DNA of 64,000 nucleotides from Batkoa obscura (Eukaryota): NCBI GenBank assembly GCA_030770535.1, contig JASVEC010000003.1, positions 62,001 to 126,000 of the forward strand, read 5' to 3'. Shown piece by piece: positions 32,472 to 47,547 of this stretch (position 1 is its first letter; each line of letters starts with the position of its first letter). The notes under the pieces were generated by a model. It saw only the letters and a program-made list of their open reading frames with translations, ran no database searches and was not told where the DNA came from. The position numbers and the translations under genes were made by a program.

Positions 32472-32831
32472 ATGCCAAAATTTACAAGCAAACCCAACAA
32501 TAACAATTCCATTGATAAGCTCTGCTCTAGAGTAGAAAGTTTATCAATTACCAATAGAATCACCTCTAATGACATAGATCAGTTAATAAGTAGAATTCAT
32601 TCATTAACATTAAATGAGACAAAATCTACCACCCAGCAAAAATTACATCGTAAAAGAAATAAAAAAGTGGTCCAAGCGGAATCAGATATACTATTAAATT
32701 CGTTTGATTGGTATTTTATTCAAGAAATTAAAAGTAAAAAAGATATTTTTAGTCGTATCTTTAACAAAAGGAAGCGGGCAATCCCATGTCAGTTAGAGTT
32801 TATCATGGTTTCTAAGAAATATTACTTCTGA
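32472..32831 (+). CDS. 119-aa basic orphan protein, copy A
   Basis: Intronless ORF with a same-length paralogue at 52544-52903 (73/119 identical by my count; frame preserved, many conservative changes). Confidence 0.75.
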   Translation: MPKFTSKPNNNNSIDKLCSRVESLSITNRITSNDIDQLISRIHSLTLNETKSTTQQKLHRKRNKKVVQAESDILLNSFDWYFIQEIKSKKDIFSRIFNKRKRAIPCQLEFIMVSKKYYF

Positions 32832-33025
32832 TTCGCTTCCCTTAAAATTGGATATTGATATCGCTCGATCATATGAAACATAGGATCTACTCTAAGAAAT
32901 TTGTTTTTAAAACTACTCTTACTAAGAAACTGAGAATGCGCTTGCCATCTTGAACATATCCCCACTTTTCAAAGTGGTTTCTATTGATCTATTTATATAC
33001 TGTTTCAAATACCTGCAATCTAAAA

Positions 33026-33079
<54 letters not shown>

Positions 33080-33529
33080 CAGCCCCATGAGTGAACACTT
33101 ACACTTGCTTTTTTAAATACTTTTGACTTTTATTTAATAAACTATTTTTCTATATTTAACTTGTATTTATTTTCCATATTGAATATTCGAATATTTTCAA
33201 TAAGTAATAACATTGAATCTCATCATACTTCCCAAGCTTTTAAAGCACTTTGAATTCATATGAAGTGAATAGTAGTTAATGCAATAGAACTTAATATTTG
33301 TTGTAAACTACAAGGTCATATAGTCAATGATTCGTTCTTAATTCAATCTTTCAGTTCTTAATTAAAGTTAATAATGTAGTATTGTGTCTTTAAATTAATC
33401 TCATCTTTTTAAAAGTGTAGTTTTATGTTTTAGATTTTACGTGGCTTGAATAATTGGCTTATAAAAATCTATTGATTTCAAATATTAACTTTTACTTTTT
33501 AATAAAAATAAACATTCAATTTCAATAAA

Positions 33530-33910
33530 ATGGACACGGATGATATAATCAATATAGGAATAACGATAGTCAAAGCTAAAGAATTAAAAAATATGGATAT
33601 GCCCATACTGGGAAAGAACGACGCTTATGCTAAAGTGAAAATTAAGCAACAAGAATATAAAACTTCGGTAAAAAGGAATGCAGGTAGTCATTGTACTTGG
33701 GAAGAAACGTTCCATTTAAGGTTAGAAAAAGGAGATAAAATAGAAATTGAAGTATGGGATGAAGATTTATTAAGGGATGATTTTATTGGTTCTGTTTCTA
33801 TTCCTTCGAACAATATTTTTTCAGAGGGTTCGATTGAGGGCTGGTATCAACTTTATCAAGGTCATAAACAAAGTGGTAAAATCTTTTTGAAAATTCATTA
33901 TTTACCTTGA
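33530..33910 (+). CDS. Stand-alone C2-domain protein, copy A
   Basis: ITIVKAKELKNMD...GKNDAY...YKTSV...WEETF...IEVWDEDLLRDDFIG...WYQL...GKIFLKIHY. Confidence 0.92.
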   Translation: MDTDDIINIGITIVKAKELKNMDMPILGKNDAYAKVKIKQQEYKTSVKRNAGSHCTWEETFHLRLEKGDKIEIEVWDEDLLRDDFIGSVSIPSNNIFSEGSIEGWYQLYQGHKQSGKIFLKIHYLP

Positions 33911-34341
33911 GATTTATTTTTTATTCTCTTTCTTTAAATAAATAATTGGAACTTTGAAGCGGTGGGATTATTTGATATTGTTTGAGTTTTAATTTATTGA
34001 ATAACATAAACTGAGTTTGTTCTGTGGGGTTACTAAACTATTTTGACAAAACAAAATATACTTTATATAAAGTATGTTGAAATTTATTATGTATCTTAAA
34101 GTTTATGAAATAGTTATTAAACCCCTTATTTAACAATAGATCATTTCTATTTTTATTTATTTTAAATTACAAATAAAGTATATTTGTTTTTCAAACAGTA
34201 ATAAATCAACTATTTATAAAAAGGTAATGCAAAAATGTCCTTTTTCAAACATCTTAAAGGAACAGAAACTTTTAATATTTAATTAATGAAGATAGTGATT
34301 AAGCTAACTAGGCTTTAAGAAAAGAGAAGAATGTTCAATAT

Positions 34342-34439
34342 GAGGGTGTTTTTTTTTGGTTTCATTATTTTCCATTTTTTAAGTGCTATTTAAGCGGAAA
34401 AATTGGTAGTAAAATTGGTAAACAAAAAAATACATCCCC
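34342..34439. mobile_element. MITE family copy (mirror copy at 50936-51033)
   Basis: ATAT-GAGGGTGTTTTT...AAAATACATCCCC-ATAT. Confidence 0.8.
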
Positions 34440-34714
34440 ATATATTTTTTAGTTCATTTCTAAACAAATATTAATAACTATCAAATGAAATCTAAATAAA
34501 ACAACATTTTGCAAATAAAATTTCTAATTACATTGAATTATCCCCCATTTTAAATACTATTTGAGTGAAAAGATTGTTAATAGAATTTTTAAACAAAGAA
34601 ATACAACCCCATACTATTAATGTTTTTGTTTAAGAAAGATAGTAAAACTATTCAGATTCAACTACATAAAAATAAGGGTTTTTTTAGTTTTACCTTTGCA
34701 GGAAAAGGTAGAGA

Positions 34715-34787
34715 TGATCCCGCCAGGGATCGAACCTGGAATCGCTTGTTCCGTAGACAAGCGCCTTATCCATTGGGCCACGGGACC
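34715..34787 (-). tRNA. tRNA-Arg (ACG)
   Basis: 73-nt cloverleaf: GGTCCCG/CGGGATC acceptor stem, CTTGT-CTACGGA-ACAAG anticodon arm, CCAGG-TTCGATC-CCTGG T arm. Confidence 0.96.
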
Positions 34788-35091
34788 TTTTGTGTTTTTG
34801 ATTTTCAATGTAGCAATTTTTATATAAATTTAAAAAATTTGAGTTGGTTATAGAGATGGGTTTAAAGGATTTTATTGTATAGTTTGTATAATCGATTTAA
34901 TGAATCAATTACATGTAATTTTAAGGCCCTTTTAATTAAGGTATGCTGTCCCTGTTGTTTTATGAGATCTAATTTTTTTAATTCACTTATAGATATTGAA
35001 ATATAAAGTTCAATTTAAAACAAACCGAAAATTTGAAGAAACTAAAAAGTATCACAAAAGATAACCTTTGTTTTTGACTAAATTTCAAGAA

Positions 35092-36408
35092 ATGAGTTTG
35101 GGCTACAAATACATCCAAAAATTACTTTTAGGAGAAGAAAAGATTAAACGATTATTGATTGAAGATACAGTTCAACAATCATATTGGAATCTAATTACAG
35201 CTTTAAGTTATCAGTTAATTGAAAAGTAAGGGTTTATTATGCTTTTTTTATTTTTTTGATTGATTTAATTATTTATAACTGTAGCGATAAAGATGTTTTA
35301 TTTCTTTTAATGGAAAATAATGCTTGTCAATTAGACGGCTATTTACAAAATGTTAAAGACAAAAAGAGGTAAGTGAATGATCATGAAGATTTTGGAATAT
35401 TGTATTAATGAGATAGATTACACTATATTGAAGGTTTAGAAGGTAATGGAGAGTTTGAAATGAAGAAATTAAAACAAAGAGTTATTGAAACTATCAGTGA
35501 GTTATTAGGTTAAGTTTTAATAGGACAAAATTTAATATTCTTAGAAATCATCAATAATGAAACAATATTATTTATTGAGTGTAATAATTTGTATTTTTAT
35601 ATCAAAGATAAAGTAGAGTTTTATAGTTTTATTAAAGAAATGAGTAAGCTATTAAAAGGTAATATAATAAATAACCATATATAATACACAAATCTTAGTA
35701 ATGATCATCAATTAGATCAAGTAGTATTTTTATATCATCAAGATATCGAAGACTCGAATTTAGCTATTAATTTAGATTATATAAGTAATAGTCAATTAAA
35801 AATAGAAAATTTAGCTATAAAAAATGAATGGAATCAAAACTTTATTCAGTATGAATATTTACAATTGCATTTAAATTGTAATCAAAAAGATAACTTTGTT
35901 TTAAATTTTACATTACCTTTGAATTTAGGTAAAGTTATCAGAGAGGTAATAAAACTCGATTGTTTTTTTGTGAGAGATAATTTAATTGAATTTTAGACAT
36001 GTATATTGAAAATTGATTATAATGAGAATATGGGGAGTGGGAAATATGTTAAGTTGAACTTTGAGGAATATATTGAAGAGGATGAAAGCTTAAAAGCAAA
36101 TAAAGAAGATGATAATAAAAATTCATTAAACATAAACAATAATAATAATGAAAAGGTAAGTTAATTAATAGTATTTGTATTAGTAGCATTATATATATAT
36201 TAATCTATTTTAATAGAATAATACGGGTATTGAAGGATTATCATTTAATTTAAGTTTAACAGATAAACAAAAAGAAGCTAAAGAACAAGTGAAATTACCT
36301 TATTTAGCTACATCTCAATCTGAATTAAAATTAGGTACAATTCATTATCATCCCGATGATAATGATGATTTTGATGAAGATGATCCAGACGATGATTTAG
36401 AAATTTAA
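35092..36408 (+). CDS. ELP5: Elongator complex subunit Elp5, multi-exon
   Basis: Not in the ORF track. The last exon SFNLSLTDKQKEAKEQVKLPY...GTIHYHPDDNDDFDEDDPDDDLEI* is the Elp5 C-terminal signature. Confidence 0.85.
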
Positions 36409-36493
36409 TTTAAAAGAAATATTATAAAAGAAATAAAATAGAAAATAATAAAATAACGAATATAATATTATATTATTAAACTATTTCAACTAT

Positions 36494-37720
36494 TTATTCT
36501 TCATTATTATGTAATAATTTAGTTAAATCCTTAATCATAAAATCTGGATAAATAGAATTCTCTTTCTTTTCCAAAACCTTTATATCAGTAACTCCAGATA
36601 ATACTAATAAAGTAAACATATTAGCATTTTTACCAAATAAAATATCAGTATCTAATCGATCTCCAATCATACAACTACGATTTAAATTTAACTGATATTG
36701 TTGATTTAAAATATTAATTCCATTTAAACTAGGCTTTCCAATAATAATAGGTTGTTGTCCTGTACTTTCAATAATTGGACTTAAAATAGCACCAGTTCCT
36801 GGAAAATTAGTACCTTTTAATGGATAAGTTTTATCACTATTCGTCATTAAAAAAGGAATTCCATATTTAATACATTGATGGGCATAAGCGTATTTACTAT
36901 AATTAATGTTTGTGTCCATACCAGCTAATACTACTGAAATCTATAAAAAGTAATTAATAATTACAAAATAATAATAATTGATTTTTATTTTTGAAACTTA
37001 CGTTATCATCAGGTTTTAATTTTAATAAACTATCATCTAAAGATACTTGAGTATTATCCTAGTTGATTTAAATATAGTTATATTAAATATAATAATAACA
37101 ATAATAATAATAACTTACATCCAAACAAAAATAATTAATATTTAATTCCGATAACTCATGTTTTAAACCTTCCATACCAATTAAAAATACTTTTTTATTA
37201 CCTTCCATATTAAAATTTTGTTTAATATATAAAGCTGATAAATAGGCAGAACTTAAGATTTCTTCCTATTAGGAAATAAAAAGAAGGGTTTAGTATCTAA
37301 AGTTGCTAATTAGGGTGATAATAGTAAGATTGATTTACTTTTTTAACTTCAATACCAAAATTTAAAAACTTTTTAATATATTGTTCACGACTTTTGGTGG
37401 AATTATTTGTAATAAAATACAATTTTTTACCTATTTTTAAAATAAAAGAATAAATACAAAGTTTTGTTTTTGACAAAGAACTATAAATACTTACCTAACT
37501 CTCTTAAATAATGAATTGTTTCTGGTATCCCTGAAATAACTTCTTTTCCTAGCCATAATACACCTAATGAAATTACAATTTATAAAAAAATATTGTATTA
37601 CATTCTTTATTTACTATAAAACTATTTTTACTTACCATCACAATCCAAAATAAAATTATCAAAGGAATTTAAAAATTCTTCTTTTTGTTGCTTTGTTTTT
37701 AATTGTTGAATGTTATCCAT
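36494..37720 (-). CDS. PHO13: HAD class IIA phosphatase (Pho13/phosphoglycolate phosphatase-like)
   Basis: FILDCD|GVLW, FITNNSTKSR, TNSD, GTGAI, GKPS and MIGDRLDTDILFG motifs. Confidence 0.9.
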
Positions 37721-38075
37721 ATTATTTTTATAATCTTTTATATCTTTAATAATTTAAAAAAGTAATAAAAGATATATATTTTTTAATCTTTAATTTTTGA
37801 TTTTGATTTCGTAAATTTAATTTTTTCTACTCAATTAATTTCGATTCATCATTATGATTTGTTCTAATTTTGAATCTATTTTTAATTCAGCCTTTATAAT
37901 AAAAATAGAAACGAATTAAAACAACATTTAACAATTACTAATTATCAATGATATAAAATTTTATTTGTTAAAAGAAATAAGAAATAAGAAATAAGAAATA
38001 AGGAACAAGAATAAAATATTTAATTTTTTTATCTTCTCATATTACTTAAATTACATCATTTACTTTACTTTACTT

Positions 38076-41000
38076 TTAAAAACAACGTAATCCGGTAGCA
38101 TTCCCATCAATTTTAGCCAATTGACAAATATTACATACTTTATCTTTAAATTCTGGTAAATAATTAGCTTTACAATAAGCACATTCAACTTTTTCAGAAC
38201 CTGAATAAATAGGTGTATAACTTTGACAGCATAAAGTAAATGGATTATATTGATCATAATCTAATTCGATTTCATCTTTAGAACTACGTTCTGATACTGT
38301 TTGTATTTGTTTAGCCTATAAATATTAAATAATTAAATTTCATTCTTTCATTTGCTTATATACTAAACAAATTTACCTGATTAGCTAGTTGTTGATTAGG
38401 GCCTAATTCCAATACACGTTGAGCAAAGGAAGAAGCTGTCAAAAAGTTCTTTTGTTTAAATGAAGTAGTCATGGCTACTCTTAAAGCTAATAAAGTATGT
38501 TGCGGATCCAATTCACAATGAGTAAAATAAGCAGCTAATTCAAGATTTCTTTTAATTGAGTCACCATCATTACTTAATTCACGTCGAGCTTTTTCCATAC
38601 TTAAACCAATCACATATTCTCTTGCTATTTTGACTATTTGATGGATCTATAAATTTAAGAATTAGACTACAAAATTTTCTACATATAAATACTTACTTCT
38701 TGTTCTGCTTCTAAATCAGCAATAACTAATGGGATAATTTTTAAAACTTGTTGAAATTGAATTAAACTATCTTCAATTTTATTAGCTTTAAATAATTTAT
38801 AACCTTCTTTTAATTCAGTAATGACTTTACTAACAGTAAAAGTAATAATTGGTCTTAAATTTTTTTGATTTTCATTATAATTTCTACTTAATGAAGTTGA
38901 TAATGATTTTAATCCATAATTAGCTTCATAATAAGCTTGAGAAGTAGATAATATATCCATAAAATAAGTTTTAAGTGGTTCAAAATTAATAATACCAAGT
39001 TGACGATTTAATAATTGCATTGCTGATTCAAATGATCCTGCAGCTATATGATCTGCTGCTAAAGGTGAATTCCTTGCCCATTTATCTAAATCATTACCTC
39101 CTTTTTGTGGCATAATAAATTCAGTAGATTGTACACCATTAACTAACTCAGCGCCAATAGCTTCATTAATATCCATATCATCTTCCAATCCCCATCCACC
39201 TTCTTCTTCTGCATCTTCATAATCTTCTCCGTCTTCAAAAGTATTTTGTAAAGTATCTGGTTTAGTAGTTGGTGATGTATAATCTTCATCTCCCCAACCA
39301 TCAGCAGTATCATCAATATCTCCGCCATCACCAAGGTTGATGGCACTACTTTGACTAGCCTCAAGGGCTGCAAAGAAACGATCAAAGGCTCCTTTAGATA
39401 CATTAAGTGTTGGCCAATTACTATCAATGACTCCAGAAATTGGTTTAGAAGGTGTAAATACTTTTTTATTAATTGGTAATTTAGCTAATGCTTCTTCAGA
39501 TATATTAGATGAAGTTAAAATTTCTTCAGCCTCCGTTTCTAATCCAGCATTTTTAGCAGTAATATATGCTAAGGCATCTATAATAATTTATTAATAACTT
39601 ATAAAATAAACATACAAATTGAGAATATTACCTTGCCCAGTCTCTTTTAAAACTTTAACTTTTTGTTTAGAATCACCGAGATAAAGAGCATTATGAAATT
39701 GGGCTTGGTGATCATTTCTTTTTTCTGCAATAGATTGCATTTTCTGAACTTTTTCGAAATCTCCAGTAATAAAATAAAGGAAAGATAAACGATCAAAATT
39801 ACGAACTTTTTGATAACATAAAGTAACAATTTGTAGATTGCCTTGTTTAAGTGCTTCTTTACCCAATTTAATCCACGTAGTTTCATTATCAATTTCTTTA
39901 GCTGAAGTCAAAGCTACTTCTAAATTACCACATTCTAATGCTAATTCAAATCGAGTACGTTCTTCTTTAATAAAATGTAAAGCAATTTCACTATATCCTT
40001 TTTTGCGTAAATAAGCAATAATAGATTGACCAACTAAATTTGAATGACGAATAGAATGAATTACTTGATCATAATCTTGTTTAATTAAAGCTAACTTAAA
40101 TTTATATTCGGATGGATCAATAACTGCAGTTTGTGGTTCAGCTAGTCGATCTAAATAATGAATTTGTTGATTTTTTACTTTAGTTAAATAAATGGGTTGA
40201 TCTAATGTACAAATAATTCCACTATCTCCTTGAGGTAATAAATATTTAATATGATTTAATGTTGTATATAAAAATACACCAATTGGATCCCAAGCACCAC
40301 TTTTAACACGAATTGTTTCATGAATTTGACATAATTGAGTTAAATCTTTTTCTGCAATTGTAATTAAATGTTTACTAAATAATGCAACTTTACTATTATC
40401 ATTGGACCAATAAACATATTTGATATCAGATACAGGTAAAGTAGCAATTTCTTTCTTTTGAGTCACATCAAATAAAGTAACTAATTTACTTGAAGAAAGA
40501 AGTAAATTACCACCAGGAGCAGCAAAGATTTCATTAACCGGGGTAGTAAGTTTAATTGTTTTTACCGATTTACATTCTAAATCACGTATATCTAATTGTT
40601 GCTTTTCTTTGTCTAAAACAGCAAATCTATTGCGACTAATAAAAACTGGGGAAGAACCCATTCCTTTGAGTCCAGTGGCCACATCATCAGATCTTGAATT
40701 AGCTTTAAATAATTCAAACCTTGTACCACTATCTGAATCTGAAGATAAAATAACTGTTTTATCCACTGGATTAAAAGTCAAAGATCTTGGTGAGGATGTA
40801 TAACTTCCACCTTCTTTTTTAATTGTAATCACTGGAGAATCTGAACTGTTACTAAAATTATGAATTCGAACATGATTTTCTTTAACATAAAGCATAGTAT
40901 CTTGTAAAATGGACATAGCTGGACGTTCTCTTTCAAGTTTAAAAATCATCATACCACCATCATGACCTTTAATAAAAAAAATCAATTAATAATTAAAATA

Positions 41001-42197
41001 GAATAGAATAATCATTCGTAACTTACCAGCAGCAAATACATTAAGATTAGGATGCGAAGCTAATACCCAATATCTTTCACCTTCTCTACGGAAAGTTTGT
41101 AATAAAGAACGTTTAGTCATATCCCAAACTCTAATGGATCGATCTTCCGAATTAGAAACTAAAAGTTCTTGACGTGGATGAAAAGTACAACAAGAGACGT
41201 TATTATAATGACCACGACAAGTATCAACTTCCCATGCACGTGAATCTATAAAAAAAGAAATCAATCAATTAATCAATTAAAAGATAATAAATTTTTAATT
41301 ACCATTCATTCTCCATAATTTAACTTGACGATCATCACCACCAGAAACAATTAATGGCATGGTTGGATGAAATTCAACCCAATTGACACCTTTGGTATGT
41401 CCTTCTAAAACGAACTTAACAGTCACTTCCATATTACCAAATACATCCGTTGTTTGTGCTAACATACGAATAGCTTCTTCTTCTGGAGTTCGAGTTGAGG
41501 CTGATTGTGGAGTATAATACTTTTTACGTAAACCTAAAATAAAATTAATTCATTAAAATCTTAAAATTAAAAACTAAACATTACTCGAAAAATCCCAAAT
41601 TCTAACGGTCAAATCAAGACAAGCGGACGCAATTAAATCTTGACTTGGATGAAACTTAGCACACATAATATAATGATTATGACCAGTCACAGTAGAGATA
41701 CAATTTCTAGATTGCCAATTCCAAATACGAATTGTCTGATCATCCGAAGCGGACATAATCCAAGGTAATTCATGATGAAAAGTAACGGTACGAATATAAT
41801 CCATATGGCCAGTTAATGTAAATAAACAACGTCTAGTTTTTAAACTCCATACTTTGATTTTTTTATCATCCCCACCGGAACAAAAGATATCTTGGGTGGG
41901 ATGGAAAGCTACGCCACGTACAGGGCCTAGGGAAATAAGGTTAGTGAGTTAGTATCAGGGGGGAAGGGAATGAATTTACCATCATGTTCTTCAAATTTAT
42001 CTATCAATGTTCCCATACGATAATCCCATAATTGAATGGTACCATTGTGTAAAGTTGATAATACCCATGGTCGCTTAGGATGGAAAGCGATTCCTTTTAC
42101 TCGGTTGCTTTTGGATTCAAACTAAATATTATTTTTTTAATAAATTTTTGTTTCTATTATTTTATTATTCTACCTTAGTTAGAAGCTTTAATGTCAT
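38076..42197 (-). CDS. COP1: Coatomer alpha subunit (COPI)
   Basis: [25 protein letters not shown]40 repeats, [49 protein letters not shown]; ends ...ATGLRCF*. Confidence 0.97.
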
Positions 42198-42498
42198 TTA
42201 TTGTTTATTTTTATTTTTTTGAGTTAAAACAAAGTATTGATCTTATTTTTTAAGCTTTATTATTAAATGACAGACTTGTTAATTCCTATGTTCTACCTAG
42301 ATGATTGAAGCTACGTGTAAGAATTTAAGTTTACTCTAAAAAATATCAACTAACTTCCATTTGATTTGATAAAATTTCAATTCGGTTTCTAATTTTATTA
42401 GTTGACTTAAGATCATTGGTTGAAAAACAAATTTGACTACACATAATAAAAAACAAAAAATTTGTTTATAATATAGTTTATATTAACTTTAACAAACA

Positions 42499-43579
42499 AT
42501 GAACTTTAATAGTTGGATCTTGAGTATAATAACTCTGTTATTTATAACACATGTATCTTGTGAGAGAAATAACAGTTCGAAACAAAAGGATAATCAAGAT
42601 AGTGAACAAGCTCAACTTATTTTATCAAACTTAAAAGTATCTATCAACGATCAAGTAGGTAATCCAGTGATAAGTCAAAAGTAAGCATATTTAAATAATA
42701 TCAATAATAAGAACTTATTTAAATTGGATATTTTTAGATTAACTTATCCAAAGCCATTGAATTCTATTTTAACTACTGGAGAAGGACAATCTTATCGCAT
42801 TTCTTTTACATCAAAAAAGAAAACTATCTCCAATAACGAAGAAGAAGCTATTAAATTAAATCTAGCTGTTGTATTATTCAATCATACAGAAACATCCAAA
42901 TTATCCTATTTACCATTTAAACAAACTAAAGGGGCGAATTACAAATTAACTTTAGTAATTCATTGTATTTAATGATAGAATAACATATTTAAATTAATTT
43001 TTATTTTAGGGCCCAAAAAAGCTACCAAATTTTATAAAGAAAAATCCAGGGAATTATGAAGTAACTTTATTAATTGGTGGAGTTAAAAAAGTGGAATCAA
43101 TTAAATATAAGATTGGTAAAGTAGAGTTTAAAGTTGATAAATTAACTCAAGAAAATAAAAAACACCAATTTGGACCCAAACCAATAATTGAACATCAATT
43201 TCGTCAACCAGATAGAATAGCTAATTCTACTTTATCTTATCTATTTTCTATATTAGTATTATCTCCTTGGTTAATATTATTAGGTTTGGTAAGTTTATTT
43301 CATATATATATATATAATACTAATTATTACTAATAGTGGTCCAAATTAAATATTAATATTAAAGAGTTTCCATTTAACGAACCTACTGCATTGATCTATT
43401 CTTCTTCTTTTATTGTATGTTTATCGGGTTATTTGATATTAGCTTATTTATATTGGATCCGATTAACTATCTTTGATACTTTATTTTGTTTCTTTCCATT
43501 GACCTTAGCTACTATTGTATTTGGTAAATTTACTTTATCTCGCGCTCAAGCTAAATTACATGTCAAAGCTAAAAATTAA
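42499..43579 (+). CDS. SWP1: Oligosaccharyltransferase subunit Swp1/ribophorin II
   Basis: Signal peptide; FGPKPIIEHQFRQPD followed by three TM segments (…SPWLILLGL, …YLYWIRLTIFDTL…). Confidence 0.85.
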
Positions 43580-43702
43580 ATTTTATTAAAAATAAAATCA
43601 AAATATCATATTAATAACATAGTAGTAGTTATAATATATTTTAAAGTTAAGAAAAGTATAAAATTTATGCCCATTTTTATTTTACAATGATATAAATTTA
43701 AT

Positions 43703-44134
43703 TTAATATCTTCCACATTCATTTCTAACATCAATCCAATCAAAGATACAGCCTCTACCCGTTTCATAATTATAATCATAACAATCCCAATTTCCACTAC
43801 CTCGATTATAAGTCCAGCAAGGTGGACAATTGAATCCATCGTAACAGAAAGCACCACTATTACCACGATTACATCTTTCATTACCTCTTGGACATCTTGA
43901 TCTTTGACCATAATCTGGTCTTGGTCGATTATAATGATGACCTGAATCATATCGATCATTATCGTCATCGTCGTCATCGTCGTCATCATATCGTGGATGA
44001 TATCCTCCGTTAGAATTTAATTCTTTAGAAGGAATATTCTCCTTGATTTTTAGTTCAGCATTACTAGCTACTTTGGAACTTAATATACTTGGGATATTGA
44101 CCAGCAATAATGAGACTAAACTAATGGTTTTCAT
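43703..44134 (-). CDS. Small secreted protein with an acidic tract and an 8-Cys C-terminal domain
   Basis: Signal-like MKTISLVSLLLVNIPSILSS, poly-Asp, then CPRGNERC...CYDGFNCPPCW...CYDY...CIFDW...ECGRY. Confidence 0.75.
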   Translation of the reverse strand: MKTISLVSLLLVNIPSILSSKVASNAELKIKENIPSKELNSNGGYHPRYDDDDDDDDDNDRYDSGHHYNRPRPDYGQRSRCPRGNERCNRGNSGAFCYDGFNCPPCWTYNRGSGNWDCYDYNYETGRGCIFDWIDVRNECGRY

Positions 44135-44655
44135 TGTCAAAATATAAAATATATAAAAAATAAAATAGAATTAGTCTATTTAAATAGTAATATTTGTATT
44201 ATAACTATTATTGATCGCTAGATTATCATTAATAGTATATTAAATTAAATTAAATTAAATTAAATTAAATTTCATTTTAACATATTATTTTTGTTATAAT
44301 TAATATGAATGTTATTGTTATTATATTATTATTATGTTTTTAAAATTTTCTTACAATTTTTAATATGACTAATTTTTTTAATAATTTTTTGATCTGCGTT
44401 AAATTTTTTTAGTATTAATTCTATCCTAAATTAAGCAAATTAAAAAAATAAAATAATTATATTTAATTTATTGAATAAAAGATGAATAAAACTTCTATAG
44501 CATAACTATAACATTTATTATTACTTTAATTCTTGTTAATAAAATTCAATAAATTTATTGTATGATTTCTATTTGTATTCTCTATTTATTAAAATGCCCG
44601 ATTAATTCCTTTAAAAAAACGTTATTCAAATTCTTTAAATTTATCTCTTTACAAA

Positions 44656-47048
<2,393 letters not shown>

Positions 47049-47547
47049 TACTTTTTTTGGTTTTCTGAAATCATCGAATAAATATAGTAGATATTTTTGA
47101 TTAATAACTGACAATGCCAACCTTTAACTTTAAGATGAATTACGTAGAATTATTTTAAAATTATTTTGCTCTTTAAAACTATAAAGATTAATACCAAAAC
47201 ATGCTTTTTATGTTAAATTCAGAAGCTTTAATTTTTTAAATATGTTGATAATTTCTATAAAAGTCAGAAAAAATAGAATTTTATCTTTATAATATATAAC
47301 TATATCTGAATCTATGCTTCATTAATCTAACCAATAACGGTTCATATTTAACTACATCAGTACTAAATTAGCAAACAATAGTAATCATAGTATCATCAAT
47401 ATGTTGTAAATCTTTTGAATCTATTTCTATATACTCATTGACATCATCCTATTTCACCACGCATCTAAAATAACAACAATAAAAAACAACACATCAAAAT
47501 CTAAAATGGTTATTTTAACTAAAAATTTAATTCACCAAATACCATAT

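Larger units (their letters stand above)
32114..34830 (+). repeat. Left arm of 2.7-kb inverted duplication
   Basis: Mirror of 50545-53262; paired coordinates sum to 85375 for the 119-aa ORF, C2 gene, tRNA and inner boundary. Confidence 0.95.

Noticed and set aside
34620..34853. 77-aa ORF and its 82-aa mirror at 50507-50755
   Set aside because: They run antisense or across the tRNA-Arg genes; their duplication is explained by the inverted repeat.
38060..40803. ORFs 38060, 39143, 39647 and 40609
   Set aside because: Off-frame or antisense shadows of alpha-COP.
42198..42498. ACGTG (Hac1/XBP1-like core) in the shared COP1/SWP1 promoter
   Set aside because: A 5-bp core alone is too weak without conservation data.
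43606..43989. 127-aa Met/Ile-rich ORF
   Set aside because: Alternative frame of the secreted Cys-rich gene; MMT repeats derive from GAT/GAC codons.
47330..47470. Possible box C/D snoRNA or orphan exon on the minus strand
   Set aside because: Imperfect box C, no terminal stem and no identifiable rRNA or snRNA guide target.
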